Part shown: positions 25,306 to 32,835 of the stretch, piece by piece
Layout of the letters: each line of letters begins with the position of its first letter
How positions within the stretch are numbered: position 1 is the first letter of the stretch
IMG/VR virus record: IMGVR_UViG_3300040971_000149
Span: 1-40,762 of that record
Reading direction: 5' to 3' (one strand)
Source of the DNA: a virus
Taxonomy: Duplodnaviria > Caudoviricetes
Length of the DNA stretch: 40,762 bases
Position numbers and translations under genes: made by a program
The notes under the pieces: model-generated
Told to the model about the DNA's origin: nothing
What the model saw: the letters and a program-made list of their open reading frames with translations, nothing else
Database searches by the model: none

Positions 25306-25602
25306 CTACAACCCCAGCCCCACGGCCAGCATGGCCGCCGCGACGATGATGGCCCGCCGAATCTGGGCGGCGGCGTATTGTAGGGGCGAAAAATCTTTCG
25401 CCCCTATCGCTGGCCGGTCAGGCCGCGCATACGGGAACGTCCACCGGTCGATCCAATACGCCGCGAACGCGGCCAGGTGGATCAGGGCCAACTTGTAGGC
25501 GATGATGGGGGCCTGTTGGGGCGAGAGCACCCAGACCAGGGCGAAGAGCAGGGCCGCGAAAACCGCGCACCAGAACATCCGAATCCTGAACCGCATAACC
25601 AC
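25306..25602 (-). CDS. Holin (2-3 TM type)
   Basis: SPQQ.P...YKL.L..LAA...YW.DR..FPYARP...RRAIIV.A.ML...LGL; first late gene; AAGGAGG RBS. Confidence 0.85.
   Translation of the reverse strand: MVMRFRIRMFWCAVFAALLFALVWVLSPQQAPIIAYKLALIHLAAFAAYWIDRWTFPYARPDRPAIGAKDFSPLQYAAAQIRRAIIVAAAMLAVGLGL
25380..25407 (+). repeat. GTAG-type REP palindrome, copy 3 (inside holin)
   Basis: GTAGGGGCGAAAAATCTTTCGCCCCTAT. Confidence 0.75.
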
Positions 25603-25661
25603 CTCCTTGTTGTTGGGGCGGACCTATGTGTCCGCCCTCTCCCAGGGCCGTTGTAGGCGTC

Positions 25662-25710
25662 AGAATGCGGGAAAATCAGGTGGCTTGCAGGACACGGGGC
25701 GTTGTGTGCG
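25662..25710 (-). promoter_or_regulatory. Putative activator-dependent late promoter (lysis/packaging operon)
   Basis: CGCACACAACGCCCC-N5-CTGCAA-N17-CATTCT; same architecture as 16107-16155. Confidence 0.7.
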
Positions 25711-25747
25711 AGGTGTTTTGGACGGGTTTAGACGGCGTGGAATGGGC

Positions 25748-25773
25748 AAAAAAAGGCCCCGCGTGGGCGGGGC
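25748..25773 (-). terminator. Intrinsic terminator ending the early/middle region
   Basis: GCCCCGC-CCAC-GCGGGGC-C-T7 on the minus strand. Confidence 0.8.
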
Positions 25774-25811
25774 TGGGGGTGGGTGCAAGGGCAAATAATT
25801 ACAATCGCCGA

Positions 25812-26321
25812 CTACTTCAAGCTTTCCAGCTTACGCTGTATCTCTGCGAGAGCATCCGAGGCCTCGACACACATAGAACGCATAGCCGCAACGTTGTCGC
25901 TCGGCGCCGAGGAAAGCCTCTCGGAAAGTCCTTTAAAAGCCCGTGCCAACCACTGAGCGTCGTCTGCGCCAGTAGATTCTTCCTGCACGGGCATAGTCTC
26001 TTGTAATCGCTTGCCAAGCGCCGATATGATCATGTTGAAATTTTTTTGATGCCGGTGGGCGCCAGCGATATTCGACCCAAGCTTTAGTGCCGAATCAATT
26101 GCAACAACGCATGAATTATCATCACGTTTTTCAACTACGATTGCGATATTTTCTCCCCATGAAAACAAACTCATCCCCGTACTCGCAATAATCCTTCCTA
26201 GTACTTTATCATTTTCTTTCAGCGCCATGCCTGTTTCCGGGATGACTTTCAGTAATGTCTCAAAAACGACAGCGTACGGGTAGGGGACTCCCTGCTGCGT
26301 TGTCTGGTTTGCGAATCCCAT
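25812..26321 (-). CDS. Hypothetical protein, low-GC moron
   Basis: GGAGGTG RBS before MGFANQ; AT-rich codons; SLFSWGENI motif. Confidence 0.75.
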   Translation of the reverse strand: MGFANQTTQQGVPYPYAVVFETLLKVIPETGMALKENDKVLGRIIASTGMSLFSWGENIAIVVEKRDDNSCVVAIDSALKLGSNIAGAHRHQKNFNMIISALGKRLQETMPVQEESTGADDAQWLARAFKGLSERLSSAPSDNVAAMRSMCVEASDALAEIQRKLESLK

Positions 26322-26340
26322 AACACCTCCGTATTGATAA

Positions 26341-26727
26341 TTAATTTTCAATCTTCCACGTATCTATGGGCAGATCGTAGCTCTGGATGATGCTGTTCAG
26401 CCGGATCCAGTACTTCCGATCCTTTGGGCGTTCAACGATCATCACGATGCCAGCCCGCTTATTTGACTGCATGGCATAATTCAGCGCCTGCCCCACAGAT
26501 TCCGCCCATTTTCTGGCATGCTCGACTTCCACGGCATGGGTCGCCGTCAGACAATCACAGCGGGTTCCGTCCGACATGGCGGCTTCTGTCTTGCCACGCC
26601 CCGCGCACCACTGGTCTCTGTACCAGTCCTCACCATGCTGCCCAGCCGACGCAAACTGGGAACCAGCCAAAATCGCCAGTATCATCATGATCATTTTCAT
26701 GATGGTGCGCATAGCGTACTTTTTCAC
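26341..26727 (-). CDS. Exported protein with possible PD-(D/E)XK-like fold
   Basis: Signal-peptide-like N-terminus ending ASA; E..Y, DG.R.DCLT, EVE...KWAE..GQAL.Y pattern; exact start uncertain. Confidence 0.65.
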   Translation of the reverse strand: MKKYAMRTIMKMIMMILAILAGSQFASAGQHGEDWYRDQWCAGRGKTEAAMSDGTRCDCLTATHAVEVEHARKWAESVGQALNYAMQSNKRAGIVMIVERPKDRKYWIRLNSIIQSYDLPIDTWKIEN

Positions 26728-26785
26728 AAAGCGCAGCTATTTCCCTATGTATGACAAGTCTTTTAGCAGCCCAGGCAGCCGACCG

Positions 26786-27232
26786 TCATTCCTCAAAATC
26801 CCCCATCATCGCCTCGACATCACTGGCCCGCACCCGAACCGGCTTATCCCTCAGGGCCACCAGTTTGCCCTCGGCCACCAGGTTGTAGACCTGTCGCTCG
26901 GAGATGTTCAGGCAGTAGGCCACTTCGTCCACGCGCAGGGTGTGCTTGCGGCTGGCCAGTTCCTGGGGCGAGAGCTGGAACGGCTCGCCGGTCTGCGGGT
27001 AGTTGATCGGCAGCGGCGGTGGGAACCCGGCCGGGCGGTTCAGGCTGCAGGCGCGCGGGCAGGCGATACAGCAAAAAACATCGCCCCGTGTGAACCAGTA
27101 GGGGCGCTGATGCGGCTTGGCCTGAGCGTTGGGACACCCCAGCCGCTCGTAAACATCCGGCCTGGGCTGGGCGTCGTAGGGCCGCCAGCCGTCGGCGACC
27201 AATCGGATCACGGTGCGAATCAGGTTTGACAT
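26786..27232 (-). CDS. DNA-binding protein with C-terminal excisionase/MerR-like HTH; candidate late activator
   Basis: LRVDEVAYCLNISERQVYNLV.EGKL; Cys cluster upstream; GGAGG RBS; last early gene (Mu C position). Confidence 0.75.
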   Translation of the reverse strand: MSNLIRTVIRLVADGWRPYDAQPRPDVYERLGCPNAQAKPHQRPYWFTRGDVFCCIACPRACSLNRPAGFPPPLPINYPQTGEPFQLSPQELASRKHTLRVDEVAYCLNISERQVYNLVAEGKLVALRDKPVRVRASDVEAMMGDFEE

Positions 27233-27582
27233 AACACCTCCAAAAATTCTCTCAGAGCCTGGGCCTCGCGCTCGGCCTGCATCCGGCAGCCCCGGCACCC
27301 GCGCCGATCGGGCCTGCGGCACCTGGCGCAGCGGGCCGCGATGATGACCCCGGCCATGTCCTGGGCGGACGGAACGCTGATCCGCGCCGGACTCGCCGGG
27401 CCGCCCTCCAGTGCCTCGCGGATGATGGCCGACTGCCGGGCCACGTTGCCCGGGTAGCGGTCATTCATGACCTGGTAGACCGTGGACCGCGTCAGCTCCG
27501 GATGCCGCTTGCAAAACGCATGGATCGATCCGTGCCGGGCCACCACGGCCTGGCGCAGGGTGTGTCCAGGCGTGTCACCCAT
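27220..27582 (-). CDS. Hypothetical protein with HTH-like region and Cys cluster
   Basis: LTRSTVYQVMNDRYPG and CARC...CRGC; overlaps both neighbours. Confidence 0.65.
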   Translation of the reverse strand: MGDTPGHTLRQAVVARHGSIHAFCKRHPELTRSTVYQVMNDRYPGNVARQSAIIREALEGGPASPARISVPSAQDMAGVIIAARCARCRRPDRRGCRGCRMQAEREAQALREFLEVLCQT

Positions 27583-28087
27583 TCGAGGCCGCCTTGCGGT
27601 CAAAAGCCCGCTCCCGGGCCTGCAGGTCCGTGAGCAGGCGCTTGATCTGATCCGGATCATGCAGCCAGGCAAAGGACTCGACCAAAAATTCCCGCCGCAC
27701 GCGGGTTTCCAGGCTACTCATGGAGTAGCCGAGCTTCTTCCAGATGGCCAAAATGGCCCGCTTCTGCGGACCGTGCTCATCACCGTCATGGACTTCGATC
27801 CAATCCGGACGGGCCTTGGGCGTGACCCGGGTATTGCCGTGGGAGCGCTTGGCGTCGGACGGTTCGCGCTGGGCGCAGGACGCGCCCTTGGCCGTGAACA
27901 CGGCGCCCATGTCCGCCAGCATGTCCACCAGCCTGTTCAGCTCCGCATACGAGAGCTTGGTAGAGCTGGTCTTGCCCCGGAACGTGTTGCCGAGCAGGGC
28001 GCGGTAGGTCTCTTCGTCCATGTCCGGAAGCTGCTTCCTGGCGATGGCGATCTTGGCGTAAAGGGGCTGTCTCGATAGCGGCGACAT
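27575..28087 (-). CDS. gemA: GemA (Mu gp16/DUF1018) family regulator
   Basis: AKIAIARKQL..MDEETYR.LL....GKTS...LS..EL and I.A.W..L motifs. Confidence 0.85.
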   Translation of the reverse strand: MSPLSRQPLYAKIAIARKQLPDMDEETYRALLGNTFRGKTSSTKLSYAELNRLVDMLADMGAVFTAKGASCAQREPSDAKRSHGNTRVTPKARPDWIEVHDGDEHGPQKRAILAIWKKLGYSMSSLETRVRREFLVESFAWLHDPDQIKRLLTDLQARERAFDRKAASNG

Positions 28088-28110
28088 ATGCTCTCCGTTG
28101 TATCGTACGA

Positions 28111-28773
28111 TCAATTTTCTTCTGTCGCCGGCATTGGCTCGTCACACCGGCCGCAGCGCAACAACGCAGCAGGCTTGGCCCAGGCCTTCAGCCCACAGGA
28201 TCCGCAGGCGTAGCAGACCTTGTTTTTGGTGGCCTTCTTCGCCGCCAGGCCAGGGGCGACCGGAGCCGCGTTGATCAGCAACGCGTCGTGCGTCTCGGCC
28301 AGAAAATTCGCGGCCACATGGGCGAATGCGCCGCCCGACATGATGTAATGCGAGCAGGACTGCCCGGTCTGCTTGCCTCCATTGTCGCCAGTCGTGGAGG
28401 GCATCAGCCCGACTTCTTTCATTTTGTCGGCCCACTCCCTGTTGTGGTAGGCCCGGTTTGGCGGCGTGCCGAATTCCTGCTGCCAGAGGTGCACCATCTC
28501 GTGCACCAGCGTTGACAGGCTGCGCTCCGTGGTGATTTCGGTCCGGAAATAATCAGGATTCATGGCGATCTCATGGACACGCGCATCGCTGTCCTGGCGC
28601 AACACGAACCGCTGCGGGCTGAAGTATCCCAGGGCCTTCTTGTGCCGATGCAACGTCATGATCACCTGCGGCAGCTCGCCGCCGAACAGGTGACGATTGA
28701 AGTGGTCATAGGCCTTCTGCAGCAGGTCGTACTGCTGCTTGGAAATCTTGCGATCGGCCATGACGTTGCTCAT
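28111..28773 (-). CDS. SprT-like zinc metalloprotease
   Basis: FN..LF.G.LP, STLVHEMVH.WQ, YHN.EW..KM and C-terminal CxxC...CxxC. Confidence 0.88.
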   Translation of the reverse strand: MSNVMADRKISKQQYDLLQKAYDHFNRHLFGGELPQVIMTLHRHKKALGYFSPQRFVLRQDSDARVHEIAMNPDYFRTEITTERSLSTLVHEMVHLWQQEFGTPPNRAYHNREWADKMKEVGLMPSTTGDNGGKQTGQSCSHYIMSGGAFAHVAANFLAETHDALLINAAPVAPGLAAKKATKNKVCYACGSCGLKAWAKPAALLRCGRCDEPMPATEEN

Positions 28774-29135
28774 ACGGCCTCCAATTCCTGCGGTTCCTGG
28801 TTTTCATTCCAGGCGTCTTCCTCTGACCACAGCCGAAACGCCAGATCCCGCGCCTCCGCCAACTCCCGGGTCAACAGATCCACCCGGGCCAGCAGCTCAC
28901 GGTTCTGGGTCGTCAGGATCCGCCGGTGCGCTTCGCTCTCGGCCAGCTCGCCACCGAGGCCGCGCAGCTGCTCTTCCTGACCCGCGACCACCTCCATCTG
29001 GGTCGTCAGCGTGGCCAGAGCTGATCGCAAATGCGAGTCCTGTTCTTCCAGCCGGTCCGCGATGGCGCGCAGCACTTTGCGGCCCAAACGCTGGTTATTG
29101 GCCATGATCAGATTCACCATTTGCGCCGTTGTCAT
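28770..29135 (-). CDS. Hypothetical coiled-coil protein
   Basis: GAGGTGAGG RBS; ATGA coupling to SprT. Confidence 0.7.
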   Translation of the reverse strand: MTTAQMVNLIMANNQRLGRKVLRAIADRLEEQDSHLRSALATLTTQMEVVAGQEEQLRGLGGELAESEAHRRILTTQNRELLARVDLLTRELAEARDLAFRLWSEEDAWNENQEPQELEAV

Positions 29136-29298
29136 GCCTCACCTCGCGGCTCAGCAGTTTTACAGGTGTTTTTACGGCCAACGACGTAATAGGGAGGAAG
29201 CCACGCCTGACACTCAATTCTGCCCGACTGTGGCCGCTCGCGTGAGTAGCGGCACTGTTCACACGTCACTTCGCCCTGGTTGGCCTTGCGGTAGTTCT

Positions 29299-29643
29299 TC
29301 ATGCCTCACCTCCAAAAGGGTCAAAACATCCTTGGACCGCCTCATGCTCGGCAATCACCCGCTCCAAGTGGTCGATCCGTCGCAACAGATCGACCCGATC
29401 GTCCTGGATTGCCGCGTCCTGCTCCGTCATTGCGAGCGCAGCGCGGCAATCCACCTCCTGCGCGGGCTCCCGGTACACGGGCACCAGCTCCCCAACATAA
29501 AACCGGCGCGGCCCGCGCGGCGTATTCAGCTGCACGCGGCCGTCCGGATCATGCCGGAGGATCCGGCCGGACCGGCCACGGACCTGGCCCAGCGCGTTGA
29601 TTTCGTAGCCCGGGCAACCAGAGATGGGGTGAAATTCATGCAT
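29299..29643 (-). CDS. NUMOD4-motif protein (no HNH domain seen)
   Basis: EFHPISGCPGYEINALGQVR resembles the NUMOD4 pattern; may start upstream at 29751. Confidence 0.6.
   Translation of the reverse strand: MHEFHPISGCPGYEINALGQVRGRSGRILRHDPDGRVQLNTPRGPRRFYVGELVPVYREPAQEVDCRAALAMTEQDAAIQDDRVDLLRRIDHLERVIAEHEAVQGCFDPFGGEA
29587..29639. repeat. 53-bp direct repeat, copy B
   Basis: 52/53 identical to 30327-30379. Confidence 0.95.
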
Positions 29644-29747
29644 CACGGTGATGCTTCCCAAGCGTGTACAGCTCTTCAACATATTTCGGCACTTCGTAAT
29701 TCGTTGTTGAAACACACAATTTGTCACCTCATATCGAAATCGTATTT

Positions 29748-30167
29748 TCATGTTGAAGGGTTGGTTTTGTTCCTCTTGCCAGAAACCATCGGCTCATAAA
29801 AATAGGCCCATAAGAACCGTTCAAGCGCGTCCGAAAACGTTGGTGTTTCCTTGATTTCTTCGTTCTCGAAGGGCTTAAAAGATGTGTAGTCAACATACAT
29901 TTTTTCACAAAGCTCTTGGTGCCACACAGCTCTCTGTACTGATGGCGTTTGGAAAACAACCGACCTAACATATTTCTCTATCAACTCTTTATTTCGATGA
30001 ATTGCCGCTGCCTTACGCTGCTCTTCGCAATGACCATTTGACCAATGGTACACCGCCTTTGCTGCCAAGTGAAAAAATAAAACCTTTGCGTAAACACAGC
30101 CCTGTATGTGTATATCCAAAGAATCTTTTGACTTAAACTCCATACTACATGCGCCACATTTTAACAT
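29748..30167 (-). CDS. Low-GC hypothetical protein with N-terminal zinc-finger-like motif
   Basis: CGAC...F.....L..H...C; lies between the 53-bp repeats. Confidence 0.7.
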   Translation of the reverse strand: MLKCGACSMEFKSKDSLDIHIQGCVYAKVLFFHLAAKAVYHWSNGHCEEQRKAAAIHRNKELIEKYVRSVVFQTPSVQRAVWHQELCEKMYVDYTSFKPFENEEIKETPTFSDALERFLWAYFYEPMVSGKRNKTNPST

Positions 30168-30275
30168 ATTCCATCCCTCGCACTGTGATTGACTAAATAT
30201 ACAGCAAGTTGTAGCGGCTCGTCTCTATGAGCATACTCCGCCTCCCTGACTATAAAGAGATCTCCCTGGAAGAGA

Positions 30276-30386
30276 TCAACGGCGACCTTTGCGTTGACGT
30301 TGATCCCGCGACCAAGCCAAGCCATTGCCCAGCGCGTTGATTTCGTAGCCCGGGCAACCAGAGATGGGCTGAAATTCATTCTGCAT
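30276..30386 (-). pseudogene. Truncated 5' duplicate of the NUMOD4 gene
   Basis: AGGAGG RBS, MQNEFQPISGCPGYEINALG, then diverges and stops after 36 aa. Confidence 0.65.
30327..30379. repeat. 53-bp direct repeat, copy A
   Basis: 52/53 identical to 29587-29639. Confidence 0.95.
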
Positions 30387-30987
30387 GGCCATCCTCCTGA
30401 CGTGCCACACCCAGCCGTTCCCGCCAGCCCTTGATCCCCTCGGAAATGGGCACCGGCGTGTATTCCTGCCCCGTCCCCGTAGGGGCACGTGTACCCGCCA
30501 GGGTGGACCTGCGTGTCTGCCCTGACCCGTGTGTCTGCCCTGGTTCGGAGTGGTTGTCCGGCCGATGCTTGGCCTCTTTCTCCCGCGTCACATTACCCTG
30601 GTGCCAAGCCTTCTCGGCCAGCTCATAGGCAATCTTGCGGACCAGGTTCGGGTTTTCCAAGGGCCGCCGCAGGTTTGGCATGTCCAGCACGCGCTGGACG
30701 GCCTGCACCCAATACCCAGGCCCGTTCGGCACCACGCGCCCGTTGTCCCACTGGATCTGCGGATCGTTGACCAGGGCCGCCAATTCTTTGATGAGCCGTT
30801 CAGCCCGCTGCCAGGTCATGACCTGCTTGGCGTCCGGCTTGCGGTACAGGCCCAGATAGGACCACACCAGCCGATGCAGATCCACGGGCAACGCCGCCGC
30901 AGCGACCACGGCGGCCTTGGCATCATCGCCCTGCAGGTAGGCCTCTATCGAGGCGCGGAATCCGCAGTGCGGACAGGTGCCGTTCAT
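30376..30987 (-). CDS. Mu-like phage early hypothetical protein
   Basis: N-terminal CPHCG, Y.GL.R......W.R...L..EL pattern; ATGA coupling; tail contains REP-derived sequence. Confidence 0.8.
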   Translation of the reverse strand: MNGTCPHCGFRASIEAYLQGDDAKAAVVAAAALPVDLHRLVWSYLGLYRKPDAKQVMTWQRAERLIKELAALVNDPQIQWDNGRVVPNGPGYWVQAVQRVLDMPNLRRPLENPNLVRKIAYELAEKAWHQGNVTREKEAKHRPDNHSEPGQTHGSGQTRRSTLAGTRAPTGTGQEYTPVPISEGIKGWRERLGVARQEDGHAE

Positions 30988-31499
30988 TTGTGTCTCTCCC
31001 CGCTGGGGCGCATGAACACCAGCCAGTGGGTCATGCCGCGGCGACCGCTGACTTGGCCGCATAGGGGCGGATGCGGCGCAAGAGGGAGTATCTCGGACAG
31101 TTTGATCTGTGTCTCCGACCACTTGAAGACCAGCACGCCATCTGGGTGCAGGACGCGGAAACACTCGCGGAACCCGGCAGCCATGTCGGCCTGCCATGTA
31201 TCGGAGAGTAGACCGTACCGCGCCGCAAGCCATGACCGTGGCCCTGCGCGCTTGATGTGCGGCGGATCGAACACGACCAGGGCGAAGGCATCATCCGGGA
31301 ACGGCAGCGCCCGGAAGTCCATGATCTGGTCCGGCTCAATACGCAGTGTGCGCTGGCCATCCTCGCGTCCATGGCTGCGGTCGGTGACTGTGACTGTCTC
31401 CGCACGACAATCACCATAGATCGCATCGGGGTGCCGCGAATCGAACCACATGGATCGTGGACCGCAGCAAGGGTCAAGGATGCGCGGACGACTGCTCAT
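30984..31499 (-). CDS. Small SAM-dependent (DNA amino-) methyltransferase
   Basis: ILDPCCG..SMWFD, DFR.LPF.D..F.LVVFDPPH and FKW.E motifs. Confidence 0.85.
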   Translation of the reverse strand: MSSRPRILDPCCGPRSMWFDSRHPDAIYGDCRAETVTVTDRSHGREDGQRTLRIEPDQIMDFRALPFPDDAFALVVFDPPHIKRAGPRSWLAARYGLLSDTWQADMAAGFRECFRVLHPDGVLVFKWSETQIKLSEILPLAPHPPLCGQVSGRRGMTHWLVFMRPSGERHK

Positions 31500-31903
31500 T
31501 CCGTCACCAGCTCGATGTCTTTGAACATCTTTTCATACTGGATCCGCGCCGCGCGGACGGATGGGAAAAATGGCGTAAATAAGACTATTTTCTTATTCAT
31601 GTCACCAAAGAGCTCTCTTGCTTCGCGTTTTCCGTACCGCTTGGCCCACTTCGTGGCGGCGTCCCGTTGTTTTTTCGGCCACAGGTACTTTTCAATGCGG
31701 CGCATGTAGCACTGTTCCGGGCAGGGCTTTTTGTGATTCAACCATTCACCCCGCACCCAGCCATCCACATACACCCAGATGACCATCTTCATTTTGTCTG
31801 TGGCGACTTGTAGAGTCACTTCGTGGTCATCCATGCGTAAACGCGCACTGGCGCCAGGCCAGCGCAGATTGTCTTCGACAGCCTTCCAGTCTTCGCGTGT
31901 CAT
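31496..31903 (-). CDS. Hypothetical protein
   Basis: ATGA coupling on both sides (MTREDW...). Confidence 0.75.
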   Translation of the reverse strand: MTREDWKAVEDNLRWPGASARLRMDDHEVTLQVATDKMKMVIWVYVDGWVRGEWLNHKKPCPEQCYMRRIEKYLWPKKQRDAATKWAKRYGKREARELFGDMNKKIVLFTPFFPSVRAARIQYEKMFKDIELVTE

Positions 31904-32097
31904 CTCACCCGCTCCCTGATCCTCCCCCACGTCAGCTGACAAAGCCGATCGGGGTCGGTGATGGTTTTGCCGCAGAATCCGAGGTTTTCACCCCGCTTGC
32001 CTTTTCGCTCGATCCACCCCGCGCAATGATTTTCACAATAGGCGCGGGGCACGTCTGAAATTTTGGGTACATCGGAATCAGCCGGGAGATTGTGCAT
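31900..32097 (-). CDS. Small Cys-containing hypothetical protein
   Basis: GGAGG RBS; stop overlaps the next ATG. Confidence 0.55.
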   Translation of the reverse strand: MHNLPADSDVPKISDVPRAYCENHCAGWIERKGKRGENLGFCGKTITDPDRLCQLTWGRIRERVR

Positions 32098-32161
32098 TCA
32101 AACCCCTCCACGAACGTCGTCTGCATGATCTGGATGAAATCACCGTCCATCGGACATCCAC

Positions 32162-32223
32162 TGGCTGCTCATCAGGCCCGGGCCGCCACGCCCGGACGAC
32201 AGCCCCAAGGGGCTGTTTCGCAG
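32162..32223 (-). ncRNA. Type II hammerhead ribozyme
   Basis: CUGC-GAAA-CAGCCCC-UU-GGGGCUG-UC^GUCCGGGC-GUGGCG-GCCCGGGC-CUGAUGA-GCAG-CCA: complete core, three stems and a possible loop I/3' tail pseudoknot. Confidence 0.92.
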
Positions 32224-32226
32224 GGG

Positions 32227-32826
32227 TCAAACCGCCGCCATATCGAGCGGCACGTTCACGTACCGATCGCCATTGCCCACCCGCTCCAGGAGCCGGAAAT
32301 AGGCCGTGGTGCCCGTCACCTGCAGGCTGTCCGAAATGGCCTCCATGGCCCGATGCCAGCGCTCATCGTCGATGTTCAGCCGCCGCAGGCCGAGGATGCG
32401 GCCCGTGTTGATGCGGCCCTCTTTGTCCACCTGGAAGGCGTCGTTGATGAGCGCCTGCAGCTCGGAGCGGCTGCCCTGGGTCCATTCGCGGATGCATTCG
32501 TCGATCAGGGCCTTGGCCGCCTGCAGGCGCTCGTCAAAGGTCAGGTTCTCGCTGATCTGGCGGCGCAGCTTGAAGCGGCCGTCAAAGCTCATCAGCGTCA
32601 CGTTCCCCTTCTGGCCGCCCACGGTGGCCCCGTATTTCTCGGCGGCCAGGGCCACGAAGGCCTCTATGTCGCCCATGATCTCACCCTTGAGCTGGCGGAT
32701 CTGCGCTTGCAGGGCCTTGATTTTCTCGGCCTTTTCAACCACCAGCTCGTCACGGGCCAAATCGATGGGCTGGATCTGTTCAATGGGCACCAGGTGGCCC
32801 AGGGCGTTCTGCTTGTAACCGTCCAT
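32227..32826 (-). CDS. DUF3164-like protein
   Basis: GY..NA.G.LVP...I..ID..RDELV, GG.KGNVTL.SFDG, FDERLQ.AK.LIDEC motifs. Confidence 0.85.
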   Translation of the reverse strand: MDGYKQNALGHLVPIEQIQPIDLARDELVVEKAEKIKALQAQIRQLKGEIMGDIEAFVALAAEKYGATVGGQKGNVTLMSFDGRFKLRRQISENLTFDERLQAAKALIDECIREWTQGSRSELQALINDAFQVDKEGRINTGRILGLRRLNIDDERWHRAMEAISDSLQVTGTTAYFRLLERVGNGDRYVNVPLDMAAV

Positions 32827-32835
32827 GATTCCTCC

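Noticed and set aside
22836-25407. CRISPR array from the 28-bp palindromic repeats
   Set aside because: Spacing is irregular (hundreds to thousands of bp), the copies lie inside genes, and there are no cas genes.
29136-29302. Short ORF MKNYRKAKPGRSDV after the NUMOD4 gene
   Set aside because: Only 14 codons; possibly a gene remnant, but it cannot be supported.
30161-30379. 72-aa ORF starting in repeat copy A
   Set aside because: It reads the NUMOD4 repeat out of frame, and the strong RBS fits the ATG at 30386 better; not excluded but unsupported.
31932-32150. 72-aa ORF right after the ribozyme
   Set aside because: It overlaps 31900-32097, which has the better RBS and stop/start coupling.
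32227-32826. Calling the DUF3164-like gene gam
   Set aside because: The position is Gam-like, but I do not recognise Mu Gam sequence motifs; function left unassigned.
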